Below are positions 1-13,558 of a stretch of DNA of 64,000 bases, piece after piece. The position numbers were made by a program, and so were the translations under genes. The stretch comes from Eledone cirrhosa. Its lineage: Eukaryota. Location of the stretch: positions 120,342,001 through 120,406,000 of the forward strand of contig OZ024743.1 in assembly GCA_964016885.1 (NCBI GenBank), given 5' to 3'. The notes beneath the pieces are model-generated. The model did not search any database and had not been told where the DNA came from. It was given only the letters and a program-made list of their open reading frames with translations. Within the stretch, counting starts at the first letter, position 1, and each line of letters opens with the position of its first letter.

Positions 1-1362
1 AAAGAGCCTCATCGTTATGGTTTTGACATCGTTGCTTTATCTAAAACGAGGTTAGTTGGAGATTGTCATCTTACGGAATATTGTGGGAAATATACATTCA
101 TTTGGAAAGAGAAAGATGAAAGGATTAGAAGAGCGGCTGGAGTAGCATTTGCTGTTAAGACTGCTCTTGTGGATAAGTTGGGAGAATTCCCAGTGGGGAT
201 TAGTGAGCATCTTATGTCCATGAAAATTCCATCGGACAAAGGAAGGAATGCGACCCTGGTTAGTGTGTATTCTCCAACTATGCACTCTGTTGATGCTTGC
301 ACTGCCCTAGGATCCAGTCTCAAGAAAACCGTTGTCATATACCAACCTGCCACTGGTAAACAGTTCAATGAACCAAATATCTATGTGTATGGTAAACGAC
401 TTGGAGTGGTTGATCAGTTTGTCTACCTGGGAAGCAATGTCAATCGATACAACAATCTTGATAATGATATTCCACTCAGGATTAGGAAAGCAAGTGATGC
501 TTTCGGAAAGCTAGAAAGGCGCTTCTGGCGTCGGCGAGACATATGCAAGAAAACAAAGGTAAAGGTGTACAAGGCATGTGAGCTCTCTTCGTTATGCCTG
601 CGAGACCTGGGTCACATATCGACACCACCTTAAACAGTTGAAACGTTTGCTTCAGCTGTGTCTCAGACGGATCCATGGCGTTCACTGGAGGGACAACATC
701 AGTGATGTCGAGATTTTGGAAAGCTCTGTGTGAAAGCATAGAAGCTCTTGTACTTAAGCAAAGACTCCAATGGAGTGGTCACTTTGCCAGGAAGGAGGAT
801 TCTAGGATAACAACTCTTTTATGGAGAGTTAGTTAAAAGAAAACGACCTCCACATAAACCAAAAAAGAGGTATCAGGATTCGTTAAAAGCCTCCTTGAAA
901 GACGCTAACCTCTCTGCTGATACATGGGAAAGCGTAGCTGCTGATCGTAATAAATGGAGAAAGATTGTACACGAGGGAAAAGTTGCTTTTGAAGCTTCGA
1001 GAATCGCATATGAGAAAGTAAAAAGTGATGTGAGGAAAGGCATTGTTGTTACATTTCCAGACAGGAAAGGCCCTCCTATGGCGCTGACATGCAGCAAGAT
1101 TCTGCCTCATCTTCGCAGTCATAAAGTGAGACCAATGGTTGACAACCAGGCTGCTGTCGGAGATGCTACTCATCATACCTGTCAAGCACGTGGAGAAGAG
1201 TGTAGATCAGCAGGAGGGCTCAAACGACATGCAAAAGTACATAACGACCAACCACAGCCGGCTATTGCCAGTGAATGTTTTTATCATGATTGCCAACTCT
1301 GTGCAAGACATTTTAGATCATTAGCTGGGCTAAAAAGCCACATTCGATCGCAGCACCGTTAA
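1..1362 (+). mobile_element. Degenerate RTE-clade LINE, internally deleted, with C-terminal C2H2 zinc fingers
   Basis: APE N-terminus (DIVALSKTRL, GVAFAV, VSVYSPT) jumps at about 295 to post-RT sequence (FVYLGS, KASDAFGKL, TKVKVYKA). ORF 895-1362 has WESVAADRNKWR and ends in CQLCARHFRSLAGLKSHIRSQH. Several frameshifts. Confidence 0.8.
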
Positions 1363-1421
1363 TTATTAATATATATATATATATATGTGAGAAAAACCAC
1401 AGACCCTCCATCTCAACTCTA

Positions 1422-1457
1422 CTTTTGAAAAGCAGAAGAACTGCGAAACCGGTAAAG
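1422..1457 (+). ncRNA. Degenerate minimal hammerhead-like motif (PLE remnant)
   Basis: ctt-TTGAAAA-GCAG aagaa CTGC-GAAAC-CG-GTA-aag. Stem II GCAG/CTGC, palindromic stem III ACCGGT, stem I ctt/aag. The core deviates from CUGANGA. Confidence 0.45.
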
Positions 1458-1592
1458 GAACCAAATAAATATATATATTTTTTAAAAAATAAGACTCCAG
1501 TTGCATTTTCGATTTCATCTTTTTTCTTTATACTTTCACTCGTGTAGGACACCTCGGTTATTTTTCATTTTGTAAAAAAAACCTCACTTTCT

Positions 1593-1715
<123 letters not shown>

Positions 1716-2064
1716 CATATGTTATATGTGTATTTTTTATCGTGCAATGGCCATACGCGATAACGAAGGGGCAGCCATCATGTACGTATGTATGTATGTT
1801 TTTTATTTCACAGGATGTCCAAAATCACCCTCCTCAACAACCAAGCTTGGTGGGGTTGCCGGTTTAGTCGCTGACAATCCGACCATGCACATGTTGTACT
1901 GGGTTACATGTTACCAGTAGTGCGTAAATTCAATGACTATCCCCCAAACTTTTTTTTTTGTGGACCGAGAGACCCCTAGTCTTCATTAAGACATCTCTCT
2001 AGGTGAAGGTCACTCTGATATAAAATCTGTGACTTCGTTTGCATCCAATGATGTAGACCAGTTC

Positions 2065-2279
2065 TTTTTGGGTAAATGCATTCGATGTTCAGAAAGTGGG
2101 ATTTGCCCCGTGCAAAGCCTTTCCCCACTTAAAAAAAGCTCAGGTATCGCTTCACATGTGACATTTCTTTTTGGGTAAATGCATTCAATATTCAAAGAGT
2201 GGGATTGGTCCCGTGAAAACGCCTTTCCTCGCTTTAAAAAGCTTCAAGCACAGGTATCGTTTGGTCTGTGACATTTTTT
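2065..2279. repeat. Imperfect tandem duplication, about 103-bp period
   Basis: tttttgggtaaatgcattc...gtggga...caggtatcg...tgtgacattt occurs twice in succession. Confidence 0.75.
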
Positions 2280-2399
2280 CGATGCATGGAATTGCTGGTC
2301 ATAGGCAATTCCCTAGTAGGACGATAAGCCACGTCCGTGATGCTCATTCTTGAGTATCAAACGATGGCATTACTCGAAATCGAATTGAAATCATCATCG

Positions 2400-2720
2400 C
2401 CATCATGTATGTGAACTTCAACGGGACACATTCAGAGCCAATTTCAGTAGAAAACGGTTTCAAACAACGCGACATACCTGCACTCACTCTGTTCTCCATC
2501 TTCTTTGCCGTGCTGCTGACATATGCCTTCTAAGACTTCGAAATCGGTGTATACTTGCGAATTAGAACCTCTGGCAAAATCTTTAATCTAAGATGGTTTA
2601 ACACCAAGTTCAAAACATTTGGCACTCCTGTTAGGGAGTGCCTGTATACTGATGATGCAGATTTTGCAGCTCACACAACAGAGGACATGTAGTTGATATT
2701 GGACACATCCAATACATGCA
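2400..2720 (+). pseudogene. RTE-clade reverse transcriptase fragment
   Basis: Translates as SEPISVENGFKQRDIPALTLFSIFF...RTSGKIFNLR...RECLYTDDADF, a decayed QG motif and YADD region, with stops. Confidence 0.75.
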
Positions 2721-3166
2721 CTGTAGATGATTAATATGCGCTTGGCTATCTTAAGCATCTTAAAACTCAGCTATATTTGCAAATCGAAATTTATATGACT
2801 GTGGGAATACGTGAGTACAGCAGACAAGAGTGACAGAAGAGACAAAGAGATAAGTAATACAAGAGAGTGAAAGAGATAACACGAAGAGCAGTTAAAAAAT
2901 GGTAATACTATCAAATTAAATTTAAAATACGTAACGTACTTGGAAAATTCATAAAAGGTTTTGTTGGTAGGATATGCACATAGTTAACTCATACAACCCT
3001 AAAATTCAGAGGCGTTTGAATCGACCTTATTATACATAGTTGTGTGAACACGCGAATATCACTGAAGGCACAGAGAAGGGAGATATGATATACCCCCCCA
3101 CCACCATCACACACACATATATATATAGGAACAAGTATGACCACGACGGCAGAGCTCAAGCCGTTT

Positions 3167-3212
<46 letters not shown>

Positions 3213-3380
3213 GACATACTATATTAATACCGTTAAAGCAGCTTACTTTTTATACCTCCTTGCCCTAAATAAGCAATCATCGCTCCCTATAAGAATTACA
3301 CAATGCCGTGTCATTAAGAACCAAAGGATATATCGGTGAGTTCGAGTGTTGGTGATATTCTCTGATGCTTAGAAAGAGGT

Positions 3381-3737
3381 GCCCACTTTGGGTAAGTCCT
3401 AATACATTGGGTTAACTGCCCACTTTGTATAAATCAATCATAATACGTCAATCTAACTGCTCCCTTTGTGTAAGTCATTATACCTTTGTCGAGGGTCCCA
3501 GCTTGGGTAAGTCATAATATATTAGTCTAAGTTACCACTTTAGACAAGTTCTAAAACATTAGTCTAAATGCCCACTTCGGATAAGTCATTAAACCTTAGT
3601 CTAACTACCGACTTCGTGTAAGTAATAATACCTTGCACAAAGATTTTTCTTTGAGTAAGTCATGATATATAAATTTAGGTTTCAAGTAAGTCATAATACA
3701 TTAGTCTAGATTTCCAATTTGAACAAGTCAAAATACC
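3381..3737. repeat. Degenerate minisatellite, about 37-bp unit, about 10 copies
   Basis: Units resemble GCCCACTTTGGGTAAGTCATAATACATTAGTCTAACT, head to tail without unique spacers. Confidence 0.85.
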
Positions 3738-4178
3738 AGGGATAAAGTAAATCTTTTTGAGGCACTAGGCTCGCACCATCATTCTGTTTGCACCATGTCA
3801 GACGGTCTCTCGCTAGTGATAAGTATTAGGGTGCTGTTCGAAGATCTGGGATATCTCGGCACGTATTGCATGATGCCACAGTTGGTGTGGTTGTGACCCT
3901 CTCAAATGCTCATCACAGTGGTGTGTATATCATGTGACATTCAGTCGATTCGGATGGCTCTTCCGAGGATCTTTTTTATCGAGTATCTGGACTAGCTGAT
4001 ACACTTACTGTGAAAAAAAATCATAGTTCTCAGAGTGAACAAGGCCGGTTTATATACGGACAGTATGGAATGATAAAAAAATAACCGCGCTGGCGCATTC
4101 TCCGTTCCTGACCAAGCAATCATCGACGGTGAGCAATCGGAACCACTCGTATTACGAGGCTTTCGGCGAAATTTTCGA

Positions 4179-4790
<612 letters not shown>

Positions 4791-5318
4791 TCACTCTCTT
4801 TCTTAGTCTGTCTTTTTAGATAGATACATAGCTATAACGTCGCGCCTTTATAATATCTGTCTGTATGCCTGGCTGTCTGCATTACGACATTATGAAAACA
4901 TTGACTTCTCTATCTGTGTGTGTGTATATATATGTATATATAGTGTGTATATATATATATATATTGTTCTCATTGCTGACGTATTATCTTCGCTATTTTC
5001 CGTTCATTGCCAGGGAACGTCTTCACGAACCAAAATATCGTTTTCCTGTTTTCCTTCGGCTGCAACGTTTTTCGAAATATTTACTTCTGCGTTCACAGAT
5101 TGATTTTTTTAGTTTCAGAAGATCCCGTTAAGGGTGAAAGCAGCGATTCTTTGCTTAAACTTTAATCTGTTATTTTAATATATATATATGATATTTTTGC
5201 ATACACAAAAACAAAATATAAACAAACGTATTTGTTTCACGAAAGCACAAAATGTAGACACCATCCCGAGGCCGAGGTATTCCGTACTTCTCTGTAATGT
5301 TATATATATATATATATT

Positions 5319-5937
5319 AGTATTTTTCAACCTAGCTAACTTGGTCATTTGCAATTCGAACACATGTATACTTGTGTTCATCCCTCCCATATATTCAATT
5401 GTATTACACATCTCGGAAGATTCCCTTGCTTGTAAAATACTATTTTGAGTTTCTATATTCTCGGCTCCATACGTAGAGCTAACTCTAGTCCCATAAAACC
5501 GGCTGCTACTTTTAGCGGTAGGAGTATGAGACGCGCTAGGCGCTGTAACATGTGCGTTTACCAGCATATAGTTCAGTCTTCTTAGATCTTTTGAAGTGAA
5601 AGGTACGAATTTTCTGGATACCCGCAGAAGAGCCTAGGAATGGTGACCTTCACTTAATAATTGTTGCGAAACGGATTTAGATCTATTCGGGTATCAAACG
5701 GCGATTGCCCAATATAGGTTTGTTATTTTTATTGATTTATTACTTTAAATCGAGACAGGCAAACCATATTGTTTTAAATTGGTACTTTTTCAACCTAGCT
5801 AACTTGGTCATTTGCAATTCGAACACATGTATACTTATATCGGTGTTTATCCCACTCATATATTCAATTGTATTACACGGCTCGGAAAGATTCCCTTCCT
5901 TGAGCTATTTAATTGTAAAAGACTATTTTGAGTTTCT
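5319..5937 (+). mobile_element. PLE pseudo-LTR remnant with partial tandem repeat and hammerhead-like motif
   Basis: Direct repeats at 5319-5455 and 5782-5937. Between them (5617-5695) lies GATACCCG-CAGAAGA...GAAAC-ggatttagatct-ATT-CGGGTATC, with a perfect 8-bp stem I. Confidence 0.55.
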
Positions 5938-5965
5938 AACTCAATCTATGATATATATATACTCA

Positions 5966-6043
5966 CGGGGCGTCCTTAAAAATGTATATACACTTTAACA
6001 TCATTCTAATAAAAGTGTGCATACATTTTTTCGGAACGTCCTG
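5966..6043. mobile_element. Short Tc1/mariner-type MITE, decayed
   Basis: Similar to the CAGGGTGTCCCAAAAATGTATACAC MITE at 24007-24104. Confidence 0.55.
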
Positions 6044-6078
6044 TATATATACCTATGCATATATATATATGTATTGTG

Positions 6079-6200
6079 AAGGCGCGTGGCTGACTGGTAA
6101 ATGAATTGAATTCGCAATCGTGAGGTTGTGAGTTTGATTCCTGGACAAGGCGATGCGTTATGTCCTTGAGCAAGATACTTTATTTCACGTTGTTCCTTCT
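6079..6200 (+). mobile_element. tRNA-derived SINE head with CORE-like segment
   Basis: GGCGCGTGGC..TGGTA A-box-like and GAGTTTGATTCC B-box-like sequences, followed by GTCCTTGAGCAAGATACTTTATTTCAC. Confidence 0.6.
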
Positions 6201-6402
6201 ACCCGGAGTATTAGCAATTGGAAAGACCAACGGAAACATTGTTTCCTCGGTCCGATTTGACGAAGTCGATCGACTGTCGATATATGTATTGACCCGTAAC
6301 TCCTGATGGAGTAGTAGGGGTGACGTAGTGACACACAGTGTCTTAAGGACTTTGAGCTTTGCGGAGTACAGCCGATTGATATAGAAATAGAATTTGGATT
6401 GA

Positions 6403-6533
6403 CACTTATTTTTATCGACTTCAAAAGGATGAAAAGCAAAACTGACGTCAACGGAATTTGAAATCAGAGATCAAGGACGAATACCGCAAAACATTCTCTC
6501 CGACGTTCTAACAACTCTAACAATTTGTCGCCT
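6403..6533 (-). mobile_element. tRNA-derived SINE (Meta/MESC-like domain), decayed
   Basis: Reverse complement matches TTCAAATTCCG...TTTGCTTTTCATCCTTTT.AAGTCGATAAAAATAAGT, as in the other copies. Confidence 0.7.
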
Positions 6534-7420
6534 ACACTAAAAATCCTACTTTAAATGCACTTCATCTTTGGATTGAGTTTTATAATAACTTCACCATTAA
6601 ACAGCTGCGGTCCAACATAGCTCGATATATTTTACTGAATGTTACTAAGATTATATAGTGGAGTTATGTATTATGTTACTATACTAGACTAAAGTGTGGT
6701 AAATCTAGTGATGTTAGTTTTATCTTTAATTCTGATTGATCGTCTCCCGGCCCATTAAAGGCTGCTTACTATTTTGCCTAAGATATTTTATAATAATGAA
6801 AGAGTTGCTCCCCTTGTGTTAATAAGATTTGGAAGAATCCATTTATTTTTTTTACTCCTGGCATATCGCAGGCAATTTCGAGAGTATACTTTCTCCACAA
6901 TGGGTAACATAAGTTAATGTTGCATCGGTAAAAGAATTTTGATTTTTCTTTCTTCAAATTTAATGATATTCATACAAAATAATGAAATGAATTCTAATTT
7001 TAAAAATATAAAATTAACATAAAATAATATTAAATAAACCACATAAATATATGAAAATAAATAAAATATCCATAAAATTTACTACAGCTATGCTAGGCTA
7101 AAACGATTCATAAAGTTTCTCATACTAGAAATTAGTATTAAAGAAAGAAACGATTTGAACAAAAGGTAAAAAAAGAATTTGAAAAAAAAAAAAAAAAGAA
7201 ATATATAGTTTTTTCTCTGTTAACCATTCGTCAAAATAAGAGTAGAGAGTGAAAGTAAAACGTTACTCGCTTAAACGCTATAAGCATTCGCTTTTAATTC
7301 ATAAAAGGCTGCTATATTAAAATATATATACTACACAGTCTATATCCCCCTCTCTCTCTCTCTCTCTCTCTCATACGTACATACATACATATATACATAC
7401 ATGTATACATACATACATAT

Positions 7421-7479
<59 letters not shown>

Positions 7480-7525
7480 CACACATATATGTATATATAT
7501 ATGTGTGTATATATGTATATATATA

Positions 7526-7564
<39 letters not shown>

Positions 7565-8188
7565 ATATATATTTATATTTATGTATGTATGTATGTGTGT
7601 GTATCAGAGAGAGAGAGAGTGAGAGAGAGAGGGAGAGAGAGAGAAGAGAGAGAGAATATAAGAGAGAGAGGATGATGATACTTTTCAATAGTCAATGTTT
7701 CCTCATAAAATCTACTTGACACGTCTACTTCGAAATGTCTGTGTTCTTATACACTCTTCATTTGATATATATTTTCAACAATTTGCAGGACTATGTAATT
7801 AGAGACTTTATTATTGAAATGCACTTTATAATGATAATCTGCACTGCTTCAACATTTTATATTTTACACTATAATATTTTGTATATTAATGCACGGAAAT
7901 AGAATTTTTTTAGCAGGTTTCTAGTATATTTTGTCTGGCTAGGTTTAATAAAGTGTGTTCTTAAATGCTTCAATACCCCCCCCCCCCTCCAAACAAAAAA
8001 CACACTGCCTCTCCTCCACACACACCATCAGATTAAATACTATAAGCACCATATTACTTAATCATAGTATTTATATTCTTTTGGCAATATTGAAGACATG
8101 TTATTTGTTTAATTTCAATAAATATTAAATATTAAATTAATAACCACTTTTATTTAATATGAAATAATATAAATAGGCTCTGAAAATA

Positions 8189-8288
8189 CAGGATGTTTCC
8201 CAAAAATGTATACACAGTTCAACAGCATTCTAATAAATATTGCCTGTACAGGTAGTCAAAGTGTGTATACATTTTTTTTGACACCCTT
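8189..8288. mobile_element. About 100-bp Tc1/mariner-type MITE
   Basis: TA-CAGGATGTTTCCCAAAAATGTATACAC...GTGTATACATTTTTTTTGACACCCT. Same family as 23875-24104. Confidence 0.7.
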
Positions 8289-8381
8289 GGACACTTCACG
8301 GGTATAGTATTTAGAAATATACAATGGCGGTGCCCCAGCATGGCCTCAGCCTGTCTGTTGGACCACCGATAATTATGATGT

Positions 8382-8460
<79 letters not shown>

Positions 8461-8496
8461 TAATGTATGTATATATACATACATATACATATATAT

Positions 8497-8531
<35 letters not shown>

Positions 8532-8571
8532 CATACATACATATACTAATGTACATATATATATATTTTTA

Positions 8572-8770
8572 TTTTTATTTTATAGAAGGAGCTTCTACAG
8601 GACTAGTACTGTTTCATTCAGATGAAATCTTCAGGAAATCCTGAAGATTTCATCTGAATGAAACAGTACTAGTCCTGTAGAAGCTCCTTCTATAAAATAA
8701 AAAAATTTACTCTGCCATGTATTGAGTACCTTACTTACTGTGGTTATCCCCGACTCAACTCGGGACCTAC

Positions 8771-8771
<1 letters not shown>
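8572..8771 (+). mobile_element. Fold-back mini-element with hammerhead core (PLE-derived) between (TA)n tracts
   Basis: Perfect 65-bp inverted arms (8572-8636 and 8639-8703) with a 2-nt loop. Each arm reads CTGAAGA-tttcatctgaat-GAAAC-agtacta-GTC. A tail of about 70 bp is shared with 18726-18800. Confidence 0.75.
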
Positions 8772-8812
<41 letters not shown>

Positions 8813-9639
8813 AGGAAAATGGTATTAATAGAACCTTCATTCTTAATAGTCAATGAATAAGAGACTCTGCTACACTATATGTTCACCTGCTTCATATTAT
8901 ACCGGTTCATAAATACGATCCATTTCCAGATAATAACAGTAACAGTGAATTACTAAATATACACTCTTATTTTGCGTGTATATAGGCTAGGTATGTATCA
9001 ATATGTGATTAATTTTAAATACAGGATGGTGGAATGTAACGGAGCAGAAAAAATATACGGAATATATAAACAATCATACACTCAAACCGCGTACTGTTAG
9101 ACATAATATTTTGATTGGAAAACATACACATATGTATTATCTACTTTAATAAAATATTTCATCTTGCTTATTTGAGTACAAATAAAATATATTTGAAATA
9201 TGGAGATTACTGTATTATGTGCTACGAGAACAGTCTCTAATTTGATCCGTGCTTCTCTACAATGTGGTTTAGTAATTGAGCTACAAACGGAATTAAAAAC
9301 GAAAATAGGGAGAGCTTATAAAAATGTTTTGATGAATGATCAAGTCTGAGTGCTACTTTATTAGAAAGATTTAACTGTTATTTATTTATTTATTTATTTA
9401 TTTATCTATTTACTATTTTTTTTTTTGGCATGTCATGATTTTTCCTATAAACACCTCATTGCTATGTTTTCTATTCTTTGGCTTCTGTTGTTTCCGATTG
9501 GGTTCTAAAACAATTCCATTTTTTGAAGTGACGTATTCTTCACCCTTCATTTTGATATCTTCAGTAAATTTATAACAGCGAAAGTGAGTTTCATGGCAAC
9601 ATCGTCATTAAGCTTAGATACAAGGCATTTAAATGCCTC

Positions 9640-10250
9640 AGTTCTTTGCTGAGTTCGTCGATCAAGTATGGAAAATATCTACTCATTCTAAGAAAGCTAT
9701 ATCCGACATTTGATAGCTCTAGGTTCATCATAGATTGTCTTAGACAAACAAGCATTGGCACCCTCTACTACACTCTGGCAGGCATCGCTCCGCCAGATAT
9801 TGGCAGATCAATAGCTAGTATGAAGGCGCGCCACAGGCACATATAGATGGACGTCATCTTATGTTCGATCCAATTTCATTTCTTAAATGTAACACTACCC
9901 TTAAGGCAAGTATCACAATAACTGAAGTAACAACATTCTTGTTGGAGGAAAAAAAACAACAGTCTACCGTTCTACACAACAATGAGAATGGCGGTAATTG
10001 AACAGCTATTATGTGGTGTGGATACCAGTTGGGTAATGAGAATAACTTAAACGACCAGGAACCGAAATTGGCAAAGACAAGGTGACACCCCCCACTAAAA
10101 AATGAGGATACAGTTCTTTTAACAAACTATGAAACAGACCCACAAATTATGGCGTACTTGTTGAGATGAACGCTACCTTGAGACCGCTGACCTTGCACAT
10201 TGAAGATGCAATTTTGGCTGAACACAAATTCGACTCGATAACATGTGACT
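9640..10250 (+). pseudogene. Decayed LINE 3' region (Ingi/Vingi-like)
   Basis: RFIIDCLRQTSIGTLYYTLAGIAPPDIGR resembles the R.ITGCL..T....L..LAGIAPP.IRR post-RT motif. Boundaries approximate. Confidence 0.55.
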
Positions 10251-10619
10251 TAATATGATTTGAAGATACGCGAGGAAATTGTGGTTCACAAAATTATGAA
10301 GTATTGTCGTATACATATATAATCTTCTTAGAATTCTCTTTAGTTCAGAGTGCCCATATATTTCGAATTATTTATTACATATATTTTTAATATTATGTTC
10401 ACGCCTAAGGTATATTTCAGAAGCTGTTATTCTTAATCCATGAAATAAATCTACCGATTCGAAGTGCTCATTAAATTTTAAATTTACTGGACTGATCTTT
10501 TGTAATTTTAAATTGTCTTTTTCGATCACCACTTATAACTGTTGGCGTGACAAGAACAACATATTCTATTAAATCAAAATGGTTATTTTCACAGCATTTC
10601 AGCTTTACTCTGAAATATT

Positions 10620-11043
10620 GTGAAGTTATGTAACATCACCGATACCCCATGGCACCAAGGGGAAAGATGCTTCACTGGAACTACTCTGCCAGCAATTATA
10701 GTTAATATAAGCTCTTTTGCTATTGTTACTTTTGCTTGAAACAACTTAAACTTGAAAAGCGGAATAAATCATTTCCCTCTAATCGTTCTTCAAGGCATCT
10801 GGAAGTTGTTCATATTGATCCTCGAAATAGCTGTATTTCAACTTTAGTATAATTTTCTTTTGCATCTTGCCAGTTTCGGATGAAGATAAATCTATCAAAA
10901 GTGTTGATCATTGATAAATACTTGCAATTTAATCTAAGAAACAACTGCATGTGATGGAAACATTTCCGCATATTGGAACCATTATCACAAGCATAGATGC
11001 ATTTGAAGTTGAGATGAACTTTCAAAGAAGAGTACCCACTCAT
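10620..11043 (-). pseudogene. Decayed hAT transposase fragment
   Basis: CDNGSNMRKCFHHMQL resembles the hAT TDNGSNM...C..H.LQL motif. Confidence 0.45.
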
Positions 11044-11604
11044 AATTAGCTATATGAGCGTGGGTAGGATAACAAAAACAAAACAAAACAAAAACATATT
11101 CATTATACTAAAATATGCATGATATGTGTATCTCTTTTTATATAAAAAAAGTCATCGGAGTGGGGATGGAGGGCAGTGTCAAAATACTTTTTCAGGGCCT
11201 ACTAGAATGAACTAATACTGACAAAAATAGAAGGTGTGAATTGCAGAAGGAAAATAACCTTCCTAATGCATTGTAAAGACAATAATGTATGATGAAGGAT
11301 GATAGGCCATAATGATGATAATGGTCGTATAGGGTGTTGTGTTTTCTTGGAACCACTCATCACCCTCACTAATAACTGTTAATTTACTTTCTTGGATAAC
11401 AGTCTAATATTTTTGGAGGAGTTCTGGGGAGAAAATAGTTGAATAGAGTATGATGTTTATTATTGTACGATTTTAAGTGTGCTATAATAACTAATGTGTT
11501 GTCATATAGTAAACTATTAAGTTAATAAATGAATTATATTTTGTACACCCAATATCTCGAGTAACTGTTGGCCAATTTAGACTTCGTTGTTTGTGACCAG
11601 ATAT

Positions 11605-12148
11605 ACAGTGTGGTGCACGAAAATGTACCCCGGGTTCCATAGCATAGTGTAAATACAGAAATAAATTTACACACACACACACAAAGGACCCAACCTTTCG
11701 TTTGCGAGGGTCGTGTTATTTCGACCGTTTGTAACTGCTGAACAAAGTTGGTGCACTAGCCGACTGCTGCATCATTCTCACCGCATGCTCACCATATTAG
11801 TTGATTGTAAGATCGCATTGAGTGAACATCTCTAGCCCTTTCTGTAAGATGACATAGTCAATAAGGGAAGATTGTGGAAGCTTATGAGAGAATGGTTTCT
11901 CTTAAGCAAACGTGTGAAATGTTTGAAGTCAAGTTTCCGGGTAAAGGCTTACCGGCAAAGAGAACGATACAAATGTTGATTAAAAAGTGGCGCGCTACGG
12001 GGTCGGTGCACAACATCCCCAAAACAAAGAGTCCTTACAGTTCGAACGCTGAAGTTATTCAGGACATTCACCAAAGGATTTCTCGAAGTCCAAAGAAATC
12101 AACATTATGCTACGGAAACCGGGCTGCTTTTTCGTGCGCCAACCTATA
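11605..12148 (+). mobile_element. Internally deleted Tc1/mariner-superfamily element with N-terminal HTH remnant
   Basis: TA-CAGTGTGGTGCACGAAAA left end and imperfect inverted TTTTCGTGCGCCAACCTATA right end. ORF 11874-12158 has PAKRTIQMLIKKWRATGSV...RSPKKST (DUF4817-like HTH). Confidence 0.7.
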
Positions 12149-12331
12149 TAAAGAATAAATTATGAACACCCTTATAAAACCACGGTTAAGGTCCTAACGA
12201 AGAATAATACAGATGGACTAAGGACACTGATGATAGAGTGTGGTATGTGACGCCTAATTCATCATGTACGAAAGTGAATACTGTAGTTGACAGATGTTAA
12301 TGAAAGTGATGATGATGATAATGATAATGAT

Positions 12332-12521
12332 AATTGTTTCTACTTTTGGCACAAGGCCAACAATTATCCCAGTGCATTACTACTACTTTATTTTATCGAC
12401 CCCGTAAGGATGAAAGGTAAAGTTAACCTCAGCGGGATTTGAACTCAGACCATAAAGGGACGTAATTCTATGCTGGAAAGCATGGTGTTCGACCCTCTAC
12501 TGATACTGCCAATCCACCGCC
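12332..12521 (-). mobile_element. tRNA-derived SINE, near full length
   Basis: Reverse complement reads GGCGGTGGATTGGCAG...GAGTTCAAATCCCG...TTTCATCCTTACGGGGTCGATAAAATAAAGTA...GGCCTTGTGCCAAAAGTAGAAACAATT. Flanked by GAT/AAT repeats. Confidence 0.9.
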
Positions 12522-12995
12522 GTAAAAGATGTTGATAATGATAATGATGGCAATGATGTTGAATATTTTCTTTAAGAATTGTAAAATACACTTGTCTCAC
12601 GTAATATGGTAAATATTATTTATGCATATTTTCATTAGATAGTAATTTTTTAGTGTGATGCAGATGAATACCGCAAAATATTGTTGGTATCTAATGATTC
12701 TTGACACTATAAATTCTCAATTTGGTTTGAATCTAGTGGCAATTGAGGTTTAATACACATATATTGCGACAATCGTTTATATTTGCCTTACTAATATGTT
12801 ATGATGACAGTCCTGATGTTAGAGAAAGACTATCATTAATATCTACATTATTCGAGCTGTGGGGTGTAATACTGTTATGCTTTCAAATTATTCTCCAAAG
12901 ATGTTGGCCATTATTAGCACAAATTGGAAACTCATAGCATTCTTTCCAGCTGTTCGCATATATAATTAATTTTCTATTTCAAATGGAACTGCTCT

Positions 12996-13040
<45 letters not shown>

Positions 13041-13463
13041 TCCATTATAACAGATAGTATTAGTATTTTTCTTGAAGATCATACCATTCTCAGTCTATGA
13101 TGTGATAGAGCTTCTTCAGTTAGAACACGTGGAAACTGGTAGATCACATTTTGGAGAAGACAATGAACATACTATCGATCAATGTTAATAAAAAATAAAA
13201 TGTTGAGTTTTAATGCCTGAGTAAATTCACACATAAGAGGGAAATTTTGTCTCTCTTTCTCTCACTCACATCTCTCTCTGTATATATATATATATATATA
13301 TATAGTCAATCTGTAAACGCAGAAGTGAATATTTAAAAAAACGTTGCAACCGGATATACTATCTGTTATTTTAATAAATATGTGCTCTACGGTTCTTATA
13401 TATTTGATATATATTTATCCTTACGAGCCCTCTTTGGATTTTAGTCTTCAATTTTATTATTAT

Positions 13464-13558
<95 letters not shown>

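Noticed and set aside
3381-3737. Possible CRISPR array
   Set aside because: Units are contiguous and degenerate, with no unique spacers and no cas genes, in a eukaryotic context.
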